A DNA stretch of 63,997 nucleotides, counting the filler, from Saprolegnia diclina VS20 (Eukaryota), in NCBI RefSeq assembly GCF_000281045.1. It is 8 parts of 4 records of this genome, joined end to end, with 100 filler letters (N's around TTAATTAATTAA, not from the genome) between each part and the next. Parts side by side here need not be neighbours in the genome. Positions count along the whole stretch, not along the records: positions 23,012 to 28,418 come from NW_008246154.1; positions 28,519 to 40,098 come from NW_008246154.1; 6 more parts are not named here. One strand, written 5' to 3'. The notes beneath the pieces are model-generated. The model had not been told where the DNA came from. It searched no databases and worked only from the letters and a program-made list of their open reading frames with translations. Shown piece by piece: positions 25,174-36,080 of this stretch (within the stretch, counting starts at the first letter, position 1; the number at the start of each line of letters is the position of its first letter). Both the position numbers and the translations under genes were made by a program.

Positions 25174-26105
25174 ATGGCCATGGCCGGCTTTCCCAACTAC
25201 CTGGAAGAAAAAGGTACATGCCACCATATCGCAGCAGCATAATGGTCTCATGGTCGCCGCAGAGAAATGGCTCCACTTTCTGCGCAACCATGTCGACTCG
25301 CTCTCGGGCGCGCGCAAGTACGAAGACATGCTCGTACGTACAAGGTGCATTCTCGGTCCCATGCGCTCACGCGTGCGATAGCAAGAGGTCGCTGACCGCC
25401 AGCGCACGACCATCACGATCGCGCTCGACGACGTCCTCTCGGTACATGCGACCTTGGATCGCCGTTGCTTACGACACCAAACATGTAGTTTGAGAACGAT
25501 GAGGACTTTGTGCGCAACGTCATGCGCAACACGCACGTCTCGCTCTTCTCGGATGCGGTCGACGACGTCCTCCGCCTCCACCGCGTGCAAGAGGCGGCGA
25601 CCGAGAACGACGCGCCCGTCGACCTTGCGACCGTCTTTCCGCCGACACTCATGCGCCGCTTTGAGCTCCAGTACGTTCTTGCTTCTTGATTTTCGCATGT
25701 TAATTGCATGTATATATAGACTTGTGCCCGGCGTCAAGACCAAGCCGGTCCCGATCCGCGAGGTGAAGGCGTCGAAAGTGGGCAGCTTCGTGCGCATCAA
25801 GGGCACGGTGGCGCGTGTCTCGAACGTCAAGCCACTCGTCATCGTCGCGACGTACACGTGCGAAGTGTGCTCGTTTGAAGTCTACCAAGAGATCAAGTCG
25901 CGCGATTTCAACCCGCTCGTGCGTCAACACGACCAACGGGCGCCTCCTCTGTGTCAAAAAGTCACGTTGCAAGTACGATCGACAATATCTCTATCGTCCA
26001 GCACCATACTTGGATCGATGTAGGAACTACCGGACCAAGTGCCCATGGTCCACATTCCCCGGCCGTTCACCGTATACCTCCGCGGCGAGCTCACCCGGTC
26101 GTGCG
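25174..26105 (+). pseudogene. MCM7: MCM7 N-terminal fragment with introns, deleted/frameshifted and 3' truncated
   Basis: NYLEEK|KWLHFLRNH, KYEDML|QEVADRQ...IALDDV, FPPTLMRRFE, IREVKASKVGSFVRIKG.V.RVSNVKP...ATYTCEVC..EVYQ and ELPDQVPMVHIPR..TVYLRGELTRSC. The second Zn-finger Cys pair is missing. Confidence 0.85.
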
Positions 26106-26460
26106 AGTTTCAAAACGAGTACTTGATAGCCACGCGCGTTGGCATACAGCCTCTCGAGCGAGAAATAGCGCCCCGGAAAATAATATCACAGCGATTTGAG
26201 AAGGTTGCAAAAGTTTCGATTTCGGGTCGACACGCCAGCCATACAAAAGGTCGGCATCGATGGATTGGCTGCGGCTTGTTGATGCTGCTCGCCACTTGGG
26301 GACCCAACGCGCGAACCTTAAGGTCTCGTTCAGCGCTACTAGTATGACACACCGCTTCTGGAAGAACGAGCGACTTTGTCGTCGAGATGACGTGGCAGAT
26401 TGTCAACGTGACGTGGCGGTGATATATTTTCCAAACGGCTGCCCGGATATGCTCGCAAAA

Positions 26461-26758
26461 GGACGCGACGTTGTCACGACTTTGTCACGACGTCGTCGTA
26501 ACACTTGTGTAACATTGTCGTGACGTTGTTACGACATTGTTGTAATACTGTTGTGATGCTACCAACACTCGACGGGTCCGTCCGTGCGGTCGAGTCTCGC
26601 CGCGGACCTTCATGCCTTCGTCCATGCTTGGTAACGCCGCCAATCATCATCACAACAATGTCGCGACAGCATCACGACATCGTCGCGACAGCATCACGAC
26701 ATCGTCGCGACAACGTCACGACAATGTTACACAAGTGTTACGACGACGTCGCGACGTG
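26461..26758. repeat. Small foldback element built from ~11-bp monomers
   Basis: Perfect 42-bp inverted arms at 26488-26529 and 26710-26751, degenerate CGTGACGTTGT/CGCGACATTGT units, and a 22-bp tandem repeat CGCGACAGCATCACGACATCGT x2. Confidence 0.85.
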
Positions 26759-27092
26759 AGGGCAATAAGTTAACGCGAATTGACTGTCCTGGATCGCCAA
26801 GGCGCGCCCCAAACGGTGATCTTCTACCAATCGGTGGCGTCGTACAACAACTGCGAGCCGCCGTCAGTCACCAAGCGCAAGGTCGAAAACGCGGAAGCCC
26901 GTGCTGCTACCAAACGCGTTCGCTCCGACGAACCCGAGAAGGAACCCGAGTCCAGCCAAGTCAACAACCCTCGGCCCGCGGCCGTCGTCGGCGCGAGTAG
27001 CGGCGCGTCTTCCCGCCAAGCTCCGTTTCGTCAAGGCGTGGCTGGCCCAAGCGGACGACCCTTCCACGTGAACCACGGCAGGAGTCTCGCTC

Positions 27093-28319
27093 ATGGAGGA
27101 GGCATACCAACCGTGGGGATCCTTTGGGGACCTTCTTCACGCCAGCAAGAGTCACCCGACGATCAAGGCTCTGCTCGCATCGCCCAGCTTCCCGACACGA
27201 TGGCCGGCGGTCCTCCCTAAGTGGTTCTCGACCGTCTACACCATGCATGGCTTGCCACGCGAATCGCTGCTTGTGACGCACCGTCGTCCGGTTTGGCACA
27301 ACGCACATCTCCCGACGCCCAGCAAGCTCAAGTGGCTCGCACACGACAACGCTGTGCACGTCGAGACGCTTGCCGTTCAAGGCTACACGCACGTGGACAG
27401 CTTTCAAGCCCTCGGACACACGGTCACTGACCTCGCCGAGCAACTGCCACGACTTTTTCCAGTGCTGCAGCCACCCCGTCGCTGGATCCGGCTGCTCGCG
27501 ATCGCTATCGTTGGCTGCTTCCCACTTATCGCACCTGTCGCACCTGCCGCGCGTCCAGATCCTGCCCCGACCTGGCTCGTCAAGCTCGGGCCTCACGTAG
27601 CCTCAGCTGCGCTCGTAGCGATCCGCCTTGCCGGCTACAGACGTCGTCCAAACTTCGACTGGCGTGTGCTGCCGGTGCACCACCTTGGCGTCTCCGCGAC
27701 CTATTACCAGCAACCAAGTCGAGCTGCTGCACTTGTCCCACTACGGCAACCCGCTCATGTCCTCCCGCGATACGGCGATTTTGTTTACCGTGTCGCGTTG
27801 AAAGCCGTGGCGGTCCGGTCCAGCTTGCACTTCCTCAGCCCGGATGCCCGACACTGCCCGCTCTGTGATGTGCCCGCCCGCGAAACGTATGACCATCTTC
27901 TAGTGCGCTGCCCATTCATCCGCGCGGTCTGGCGCGCTTTTGAACCGATGCGCCAAATCTTGCAGCTGCAACTCCCGACGTCGGTCGGTGGCTTTCTCTA
28001 CGATGTTGTCGCTCTGCCGTTCTCAGCCCACAAGCCGACCATCCGTGCCCTCTGGCCGATCTTGCGCGTTTGCGTTTGGTACAGTCTTTGGCTTGAACGC
28101 AACAGCTGCGTGTTCCGCACGGCATTGACACCCCTTCCCGCTGCTGCGCTCGCGATCAAAGCCGCTAATATCACGCGATTGCATATCCGGCACTTGGCTC
28201 GCCGCGCCGTGGTGCCTTCGCTTGCCGAGTCGCTCCATGCCCTACGCACCGACCCTTGGTGTGCTCGCTACCTCATTCCCAACGCAATCCCGAGCCCCGA
28301 CCATACGCCCTCAGCTTGA
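27093..28319 (+). mobile_element. Non-LTR retrotransposon (L1/Tx1-like) ORF2 3' fragment with zf-RVT
   Basis: CPLCDVPARETYDHLLVRCPFIRAVW zinc-binding motif followed by WYSLWLERNSCVF. No RT core is visible. Confidence 0.8.
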
Positions 28320-28360
28320 CGTACCGGCCAAACCTCACGAGCGCACTAGGAAGCCGGCCG

Positions 28361-28418
28361 TGAGACCGACGCCACAACTGCCCTTGCCCGTCGTGTAGAT
28401 GTCTCTCGGGCTCACGGT
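28361..28418 (-). pseudogene. MCM7: 58-bp MCM7 fragment, exact inverted copy of 23047-23104
   Basis: The reverse complement reads ACCGTGAGCCCGAGAGACATCTACACGACGGGCAAGGGCAGTTGTGGCGTCGGTCTCA. It is cut off by the spacer. Confidence 0.85.
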
Positions 28419-28518
28419 NNNNNNNNNNNNNNNNNNNNNNNNNNNNNNNNNNNNNNNNNNNNTTAATTAATTAANNNNNNNNNNNNNNNNNNNNNNNNNN
28501 NNNNNNNNNNNNNNNNNN

Positions 28519-31191
28519 CGACAATGTTACACAAGTGTTACGACGACGTCGTGACAAAGTCGTGACAACGTCGCGTCCTTTTGCGAGCATATCCGGGCAG
28601 CCGTTTGGAAAATATATCACCGCCACGTCACGTTGACAATCTGCCACGTCATCTCGACGACAAAGTCGCTCGTTCTTCCAGAAGCGGTGTGTCATACTAG
28701 TAGCGCTGAACGAGACCTTAAGGTTCGCGCGTTGGGTCCCCAAGTGGCGAGCAGCATCAACAAGCCGCAGCCAATCCATCGATGCCGACCTTTTGTATGG
28801 CTGGCGTGTCGACCCGAAATCGAAACTTTTGCAACCTTCTCAAATCGCTGTGATATTATTTTCCGGGGCGCTATTTCTCGCTCGAGAGGCTGTATGCCAA
28901 CGCGCGTGGCTATCAAGTACTCGTTTTGAAACTCGCACGACCGGGTGAGCTCGCCGCGGAGGTATACGGTGAACGGCCGGGGAATGTGGACCATGGGCAC
29001 TTGGTCCGGTAGTTCCTACATCGATCCAAGTATGGTGCTGGACGATAGAGATATTGTCGATCGTACTTGCAACGTGACTTTTTGACACAGAGGAGGCGCC
29101 CGTTGGTCGTGTTGACGCACGAGCGGGTTGAAATCGCGCGACTTGATCTCTTGGTAGACTTCAAACGAGCACACTTCGCACGTGTACGTCGCGACGATGA
29201 CGAGTGGCTTGACGTTCGAGACACGCGCCACCGTGCCCTTGATGCGCACGAAGCTGCCCACTTTCGACGCCTTCACCTCGCGGATCGGGACCGGCTTGGT
29301 CTTGACGCCGGGCACAAGTCTATATATACATGCAATTAACATGCGAAAATCAAGAAGCAAGAACGTACTGGAGCTCAAAGCGGCGCATGAGTGTCGGCGG
29401 AAAGACGGTCGCAAGGTCGACGGGCGCGTCGTTCTCGGTCGCCGCCTCTTGCACGCGGTGGAGGCGGAGGACGTCGTCGACCGCATCCGAGAAGAGCGAG
29501 ACGTGCGTGTTGCGCATGACGTTGCGCACAAAGTCCTCATCGTTCTCAAACTACATGTTTGGTGTCGTAAGCAACGGCGATCCAAGGTCGCATGTACCGA
29601 GAGGACGTCGTCGAGCGCGATCGTGATGGTCGTGCGCTGGCGGTCAGCGACCTCTTGCTATCGCACGCGTGAGCGCATGGGACCGAGAATGCACCTTGTA
29701 CGTACGAGCATGTCTTCGTACTTGCGCGCGCCCGAGAGCGAGTCGACATGGTTGCGCAGAAAGTGGAGCCATTTCTCTGCGGCGACCATGAGACCATTAT
29801 GCTGCTGCGATATGGTGGCATGTACCTTTTTCTTCCAGGTAGTTGGGAAAGCCGGCCATGGCCATCCCGCCGGTGCCAGTGCTGCAGCTGTCCGCGCCGA
29901 GCGCAGACGTTGGCCGACGGCGATGGCATGACATGCTGCGGGCCGCTTCCCGGACGGGGAACGTGCTGCGCGTTGCGGGCGAAGCCGGGCACGTTGCTGT
30001 ACGAGGCATCGAGGTCCACTTGCGTGTGGTCCAAAATATGGTCGCCTGTTGCCGCCAAAATATCCGGACGCGTATCCGGCGCAGCGACTTCAATCTTCGC
30101 ATGGATTTGCACCAATCGGAATCGAGCTGGCTGCTCCCAGATAGACGGCGGCAATTGACGATGAACTTCCTCACCGCGATCAAGAAGCCCGAGCACTTCG
30201 ACAGCTGGCTCTTTGGCGACGATGTCGCGGACCCGCGCCCGCCATTGGCGCCGACAGCGAACCGGTCGACGCCTGCGTCGCCGATGGCCGACGACCATAG
30301 GCCATCGTCCGCCAGCACCAAGCTCGCGCAGGCCGCGACGGCGATCCAGGACAAGTACAAGAAGTTGGCCAAGAACAACATGAACGACAAGACGATCTCT
30401 AGCAGCTATCCGATGCCACTGAGCAAGAAGTTTCGCAAGTACCTTCGCGACAAGCAGCGCGCCGCCATGGACGAAAAGCAGCGCCGGCTCTTGCAGCTCT
30501 CGGAAGTCAGCCGCCTCCGCGCGCACGCGCTGTTCTCGCTGCACGAGATTGACCCAAAGAAGCTGCCGCGCCTTCTCGATTTCTTGGCCAAGACGACTGA
30601 CGACGGCAACTACCACCACGTCCTTCTCTTCGTCCTAGGCTCGAGGAAGAGCGCGACGCGGCGCGCCGTCGCTCCTCAAGCTCTTCAACAAGTACTTTAC
30701 GACCGCGTCCGAGTGCAGCATCTCGGCGACGCTCGAGCTCGAAGAGATGGTGCTGGTGAGCGTCCAGACCGACGACATTGGCTGGGTCGGGTTTCGCCCG
30801 ATCCAGCACCTCGCGTTCAAGCGGCTCACGCGCGAAGAGCTGCCGCGGATCCTCAAAAGCACCGAGTACCTCGACATGCTGCAGGTCTCGGAGCACACGG
30901 CCGCCTTTGTGCCCCTCGATCGGTTCCTTGCCAACCCGCGCGGCGCACTACTTTCTCCTCTTCCTCATGCAGAATCGCCAGCATTTCGAGCTCTACTTTG
31001 GCTCGACGTCGAGTACGTTCTGAAAACATGCACGTCGGATGCGACGTCTTTTGGACGCTCACACACGACTTGCGCAAGAAGGCCAGTGTCGCTCCTTTAA
31101 CCCACCCCTCAGCTCCTTCTTGGGCGGCGGCCTCCCAACACGAACCTCGTTCGTCTTCCCATGCATGCGTTTGTAGCCTCAGGAGACGATA
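28519..31191. repeat. Right arm of the inverted duplication, including an MCM7 5' pseudogene copy at 28934-29865 (-)
   Basis: Mirror of 23848-26520. It starts at a contig edge inside the foldback element. Confidence 0.95.
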
Positions 31192-31941
31192 CAGCGTAAT
31201 TAGTCGCGATCTTCTTGGCAATCATATCGACACCGTCGACCGTAGAGGGCAGAATGCCCAGGTGGAGCTTGCCTACCAACTCGGCGTGGAGAGCATCAAA
31301 TGCAGCTGGTGCGCTCTCGCCAAAGTCGTTTCCCCATTCCAAGAGCTTCTTGAGACCGCTGCACACGTGCGCCGGACGCGCGATCTTTGATCGAGTGGGA
31401 CCCTGAGAGAGCGTCTTGGACGCGCTGAGCACGGTTTCGAGCAATGTTTGATCTTCGCCTGTCATGCAGTCGGCCGTCAGGTCGAGCTCGATAATGCGCG
31501 CGACCCGCTTCATAGTAGCAGCCAGGGCTTTCAAAGCCGCCGCCAGACGCCCTTCTCACTGATTGGCAAATAAACCACGGCAAGCGGGTGGTGATTGGCA
31601 CATTTTGAATAAATCGGTCGCGGCTAAAGACCAACTGCTACAACCATGAATGACAACTCTCTCGTACGCTGAAGCTCATGGCTCACGTCCTTGACGTGTG
31701 CCGGCCCCGATGTAGCCAGCTTGTTGCGGTGAACTCATGCGAGCAATGTCATGTTATACATCGGTACTGAAGTCGGGCGCAACTGGGTTGCGTGGAATTA
31801 GTCTAGTCGTTTCGTTAGTCGAACGCAGTTGTGAAACGACCCATTTGCTTTTCACGTTGCAAGCCGCGGACCTCAAGAGCATGGCGTACGTCTTGCGCTG
31901 TCTCGTCCACGTGTGCCCAGGGATCATGTCCTAGGACTGCC

Positions 31942-32499
31942 TATGACAGCAGCTCGACGTGGGAATCACCCCCGCTCGTGCTTCGGCGCACCTCGGAGTC
32001 TGCACCGAGCATCTCGGCAGCGGACGAGCGCATCAATCTCGACGAAGCCGACTTGCCTCTTCCACCTCCAACCGTAGCGACTGCTCGCGATGATCGCGTC
32101 GAAGCTCTTCTTTCGATGCTTATCAAGCGTGTCGAGGAAGTGCAAGAAGAGCTCCATGACAACGCGATCGCAATCCAACGCCTTGAAGAGCGGGTCATCA
32201 GCAGCACGATCGCAATCGACGACTTCGCGATCCAAGTCGCCAACGTGGTCAAGGTGCACAACGCGAACGGCCAGTTTGCCGCCAAGGCCAACATCCAGAA
32301 CCAGCACGGCCTCGAGATCACGCCGATTTGCACCCAAAAGCACACGGTGACGCCGCCCGAGCATCTCGTGCAGCTCGGCCAGATCAACACGGTCTGCGAC
32401 GCCGCTGAGCGGCCGATCCACCAAAAAGCCCAAAAACTGAGCCAGGTTGAGCGCGACTGCGGCATCGGCCCCGAGACGAGCCACGGGTACCCTTCATAG
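31942..32499 (+). CDS. Hypothetical coiled-coil protein exon(s)
   Basis: Open frame with GC3 bias (VEALLSMLIKRVEEVQEELHDNAIAIQRLEE). Gene limits unknown. Confidence 0.4.
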   Translation, partial: YDSSSTWESPPLVLRRTSESAPSISAADERINLDEADLPLPPPTVATARDDRVEALLSMLIKRVEEVQEELHDNAIAIQRLEERVISSTIAIDDFAIQVANVVKVHNANGQFAAKANIQNQHGLEITPICTQKHTVTPPEHLVQLGQINTVCDAAERPIHQKAQKLSQVERDCGIGPETSHGYPS

Positions 32500-33145
32500 G
32501 CCTACACGCTACGTCATTATCATCATAGACTCTTGCAGAAAGACGAGTCGCTGCATGCGGCCAAGCGCTCGCGTCATCTGTTCGCCACGACTCTTGTCGT
32601 CTTGGCGTGGGTTGTGGCCCTAGTGGCCTTTGTGTTTCTCCTCGTACGCCTCGACCATCTATATCTCCATCGCTGATTCTTCTTCCATGGAGTTAGGGCG
32701 AGTATACGACGTGTTTGCAGCATGCGACCCCCAAAGTCGCCATGGGTTTCATCCAGAGCGCACACGAAGCGATTCGTTCGCTTGTGCTGGATCCGTCTGT
32801 GCCACTGGGGTTTCTGAGCACGCTTCAGCTCGTCGGGTCGTGTTTTTTTTTGTTTTTGCTCCTCAACGCCGTCGCGCAGGTACCTCGATATGCTGTTGTA
32901 CGGCGATTGAAACTATCGATGCCCAATATATATCCCTATACCTACCACGATATCACAAAAAGTAGGAAGCCCACAACGACCACGCGGTTCGTTCGCAGTC
33001 TTGTGTCATTGTCGATTTGTTGAACATTTATGACGTTAAGGATAGACGCACGCCTTGAAACACGCAGAGGACGGTGGGCACTCGACGTCCAAGATGATGA
33101 TTGAATGCTGAGATTACTGGACATGGGACAGAGAGGCTAGACGTC

Positions 33146-34927
33146 TTAGCCGCAGATGGTCACGTTGCCTTGGATGGTCGGCTGTCCGTTGCCGCCCGCA
33201 ACGCGATAGCACGAGGTTTGCGGGAAGAGCGCCATAAAGTTGGTCACGACCGAGAAAAGCAGCGCGACAAAGAAGGAAACAACGACGGCGGTGGCTGCGT
33301 GCGAGTTGGCGCCACCCGTGCGCTTGAGTTTTTGGACCGCCGCTTTTTGCGGCGGGAGCAACCCGAGAAAGAGCAACGACGCAAACTTGAAGCCGTACGA
33401 GATGATGAACGCGTAGGTCACTTGCCAGCGCACGTGGGTCGAGTCTTTTGCGAGATCGTTGTTGGAGAGGTCGAGGTACGAGTCAATGAGCTTGTAACAC
33501 GCAGTGGAAAACGGTGTCGCGAGGTTGACGATCGTCGTGACGAGGCCAAAGACGACGCCTTCGTTGCCAATGTCGGCGATCTCGACCGCGCAGTAGCCCG
33601 AGACAATGAAGCGGATGCCGGCCGGGAGGCTGTATGCTAGCTGCGAGATCGTAAAGAAATACTCGTTCCGGACTACATTCCACGTTGTGACAAAGATGAC
33701 GGCGGCGTCAATGACCAAGACACCGATGGTCGCGAGCGCGATCGAGACGCGCCAGTCCCAGTTGAGGCCGTACCGCCCACAAACGTAAATCGCCACCGAC
33801 GTGAGCAGCGCATTCAACACCGCCGTGATGGACTTTGTGATCGGCTGGACGTTGGCCCAGAGACTCGGGATGATGAGCGTCACGGTCGTATCAAACGAGT
33901 AGAAGAAATTGCTCAAAAAACGAAACGCGCAGATTTGCCACATGACGCGCAGTCGCAACAAATTCCAAAGACTTTGGAGGTAGCTGCGAAAGTATGGCTT
34001 GACATCGCGGTCTTCGACAATGAGAAACATGCAGCACCACATGGCCAGCACGCACGGAAGAGCGAGCACGGCAAAGACGAGGTTTGGGCTCATCGACCAG
34101 TTGAAGCTACCGTCGTACTGCGGTCCGTTCATGCAAAAGCCAATGAGCAGGAGCGGGATCATGCTGCACGCATAGCGCACCGAGTAGATTGCCGACTGCA
34201 GTCGACCGCGGATCGCAATCGGCTCGCGCTGAGCGTACTGGACGACCATGGCGTCGGCGGCGACGTCGGCGAGCATGTAGCCAAAGCTGCCGAGGGTCGA
34301 GAGAAGGATCCAGTAGTTGCCTTGGTTGGGCGCGTCGACGTTGATCGACTTTTGCATGTCTTTGGACAAAACCGAGAGGTCGCCGCCGCGGACGCGCGCA
34401 ATGATGCGCGGGTTCATGCCGGCGAGGGCAGAACCAATGTACGGGTCCGGGAACGGGTTGAGCGCCATGAGGACGACGCTCACGAGACACATGCTCCACC
34501 CGAGAAGCATATACGGCTTGCGCTTGTAGCCGCCGATGGGGAAGCAATCGGTGAGCATACCAAGAAAGACCTTGAACGACCAGCAGAGCGTGACGAGCAC
34601 TTTGTATGACGACGCTTGAAAGCCCGAAAAGTTGAGGTACTTGACGTAGAGCGGGTAGAGGAGGCCGGGCAGGCAGCCATAGATGATGCCAACCGCCGCG
34701 TACTGCCCGAGGAGCCCGATGGCTTCGCGGCTCATGAGATCGAGCGCACCGCCTTCTCGCAGCGCGTCACCATCGTAGTACGGGTCGTCGTCGTCATAGA
34801 GGGCATCGTCGGCGATGAGCTTGGATGCATGGAGGTACGACTGCGTATCGAGGGCGGTGAGGTTGCTCGACTCTTTCGGGTACAAATCAGCCTCGTCAAA
34901 GAGCCAAATCTTGGCCGGTGCTGCCAT
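33146..34927 (-). CDS. Folate-biopterin transporter (BT1, MFS) family protein
   Basis: 593-aa intronless multi-TM ORF with GALREGG, WSFKVFLGMLTDCFPIGGYKRKPYM, ADVAADAMVV..AQREP...RGRLQ and LPPQK. Confidence 0.9.
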   Translation of the reverse strand: MAAPAKIWLFDEADLYPKESSNLTALDTQSYLHASKLIADDALYDDDDPYYDGDALREGGALDLMSREAIGLLGQYAAVGIIYGCLPGLLYPLYVKYLNFSGFQASSYKVLVTLCWSFKVFLGMLTDCFPIGGYKRKPYMLLGWSMCLVSVVLMALNPFPDPYIGSALAGMNPRIIARVRGGDLSVLSKDMQKSINVDAPNQGNYWILLSTLGSFGYMLADVAADAMVVQYAQREPIAIRGRLQSAIYSVRYACSMIPLLLIGFCMNGPQYDGSFNWSMSPNLVFAVLALPCVLAMWCCMFLIVEDRDVKPYFRSYLQSLWNLLRLRVMWQICAFRFLSNFFYSFDTTVTLIIPSLWANVQPITKSITAVLNALLTSVAIYVCGRYGLNWDWRVSIALATIGVLVIDAAVIFVTTWNVVRNEYFFTISQLAYSLPAGIRFIVSGYCAVEIADIGNEGVVFGLVTTIVNLATPFSTACYKLIDSYLDLSNNDLAKDSTHVRWQVTYAFIISYGFKFASLLFLGLLPPQKAAVQKLKRTGGANSHAATAVVVSFFVALLFSVVTNFMALFPQTSCYRVAGGNGQPTIQGNVTICG

Positions 34928-35791
34928 CGCCGTTTGCAGCTGCGTTGTCTATGGCAAAATACCTTTACAGAGCGCCAGTGGAGTCGATACGAGGCGGATC
35001 ATACCACCTATGTTCTTGGTATCGCAGCCGTACATTCGATCGCGACACGTGGTGGTGCCACGTGGTGTCGCTTGCTCTCCCAACCACCTAAACCGTTATC
35101 AACGCTTTCCCTTTTTTCTATTGAGGCACCCAACAAGTAGCACGGGTCCTATGTACAAGACCCATCGAGCAAGCGGGGTGCTGACCGTGGTCGGTCTTCG
35201 GTTGAAGCAATCGACTTGCTGTCTCAATTGATGACGACGTGCGGCATGACGAGGAGCGTCCCAGCTGCGTCTACACCGGGTTCGCCGCAAGAGGCAAGGA
35301 CGCGAATGGAGGTGTTGAAGGTGATTGGGATGTAATGGCAACGTTGCCCTTCTCTAAACTCGCACAAGTAGCCAAGTTGTCACTGCTCCGAAGCGGAGCC
35401 CCCGAGACGCGCGGCTCGCGCGAGAGAGGCAGTGCAAGACCAGGGGCAATTTAGCGTAACATGTGACGTGTCCATATTTGATCCCAGGTCCTTTGAACGT
35501 TGGCTTTCTTGTTGCTATTTGCTTGCCTGGTGGTCTGGTCTTGGTCTGGGGTAATCATGTCATAGCTATTTTGCTAATACCGCGCATGTGAGCGATGTGA
35601 GGCAGCTGCTGGGTGTAGTCTGAGAATGAGATGCGTGCTTGCTTGTCAAGCCCGAGCCCCTTCTAGCATCTTCACAAGACCTCTTGAGCCCGTCGTACGC
35701 AGTCGTTGCACACAGCTTGCGTTTCGACGAGCGCTCGCAGAGGCGTGTGGGTTGATGGTTACGCGTTGTTACCTTGTGACGCACTCGTTTC

Positions 35792-35834
35792 TGGCACCGT
35801 ACCAGACCAGATGATCTGGTCTGGTACGGTGCCA
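35792..35834. repeat. Perfect 43-bp palindrome (21-bp arms, 1-nt centre)
   Basis: TGGCACCGTACCAGACCAGAT-G-ATCTGGTCTGGTACGGTGCCA. Confidence 0.95.
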
Positions 35835-36080
35835 CTACTCGTGCCGTACTCGCATGAAGTTCTCGCATCTTGACGGCATCAACCGCCGGTGCGTGAGCTC
35901 TCTGGCAGTCGTCCTCGCATCGTTTGACCTTGTGAAGAACACCAAGCGACACCGCGTTGTCGGTCGCTTCGACAAGAGAGCACCGTGTCAGCGCTCAGGT
36001 TGGCCACAACCATGACAACCACCACACTGCAGATTAGTGTTGACCGACACAGTTCTTAGCGTATTCGTAAGAGGCGCTGC

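Larger units (their letters stand above)
23848..26520. repeat. Left arm of a 2673-bp near-identical inverted duplication
   Basis: Reverse complement of 28519-31191. The ORF tracks mirror each other (coordinate sum 55039). One visible substitution (24941 vs 30098; NLCMD vs NLRMD). Confidence 0.95.

Noticed and set aside
26461..26758. CRISPR-like repeat array
   Set aside because: The context is eukaryotic, the units are contiguous 11-mers without unique spacers, and there are no cas genes.
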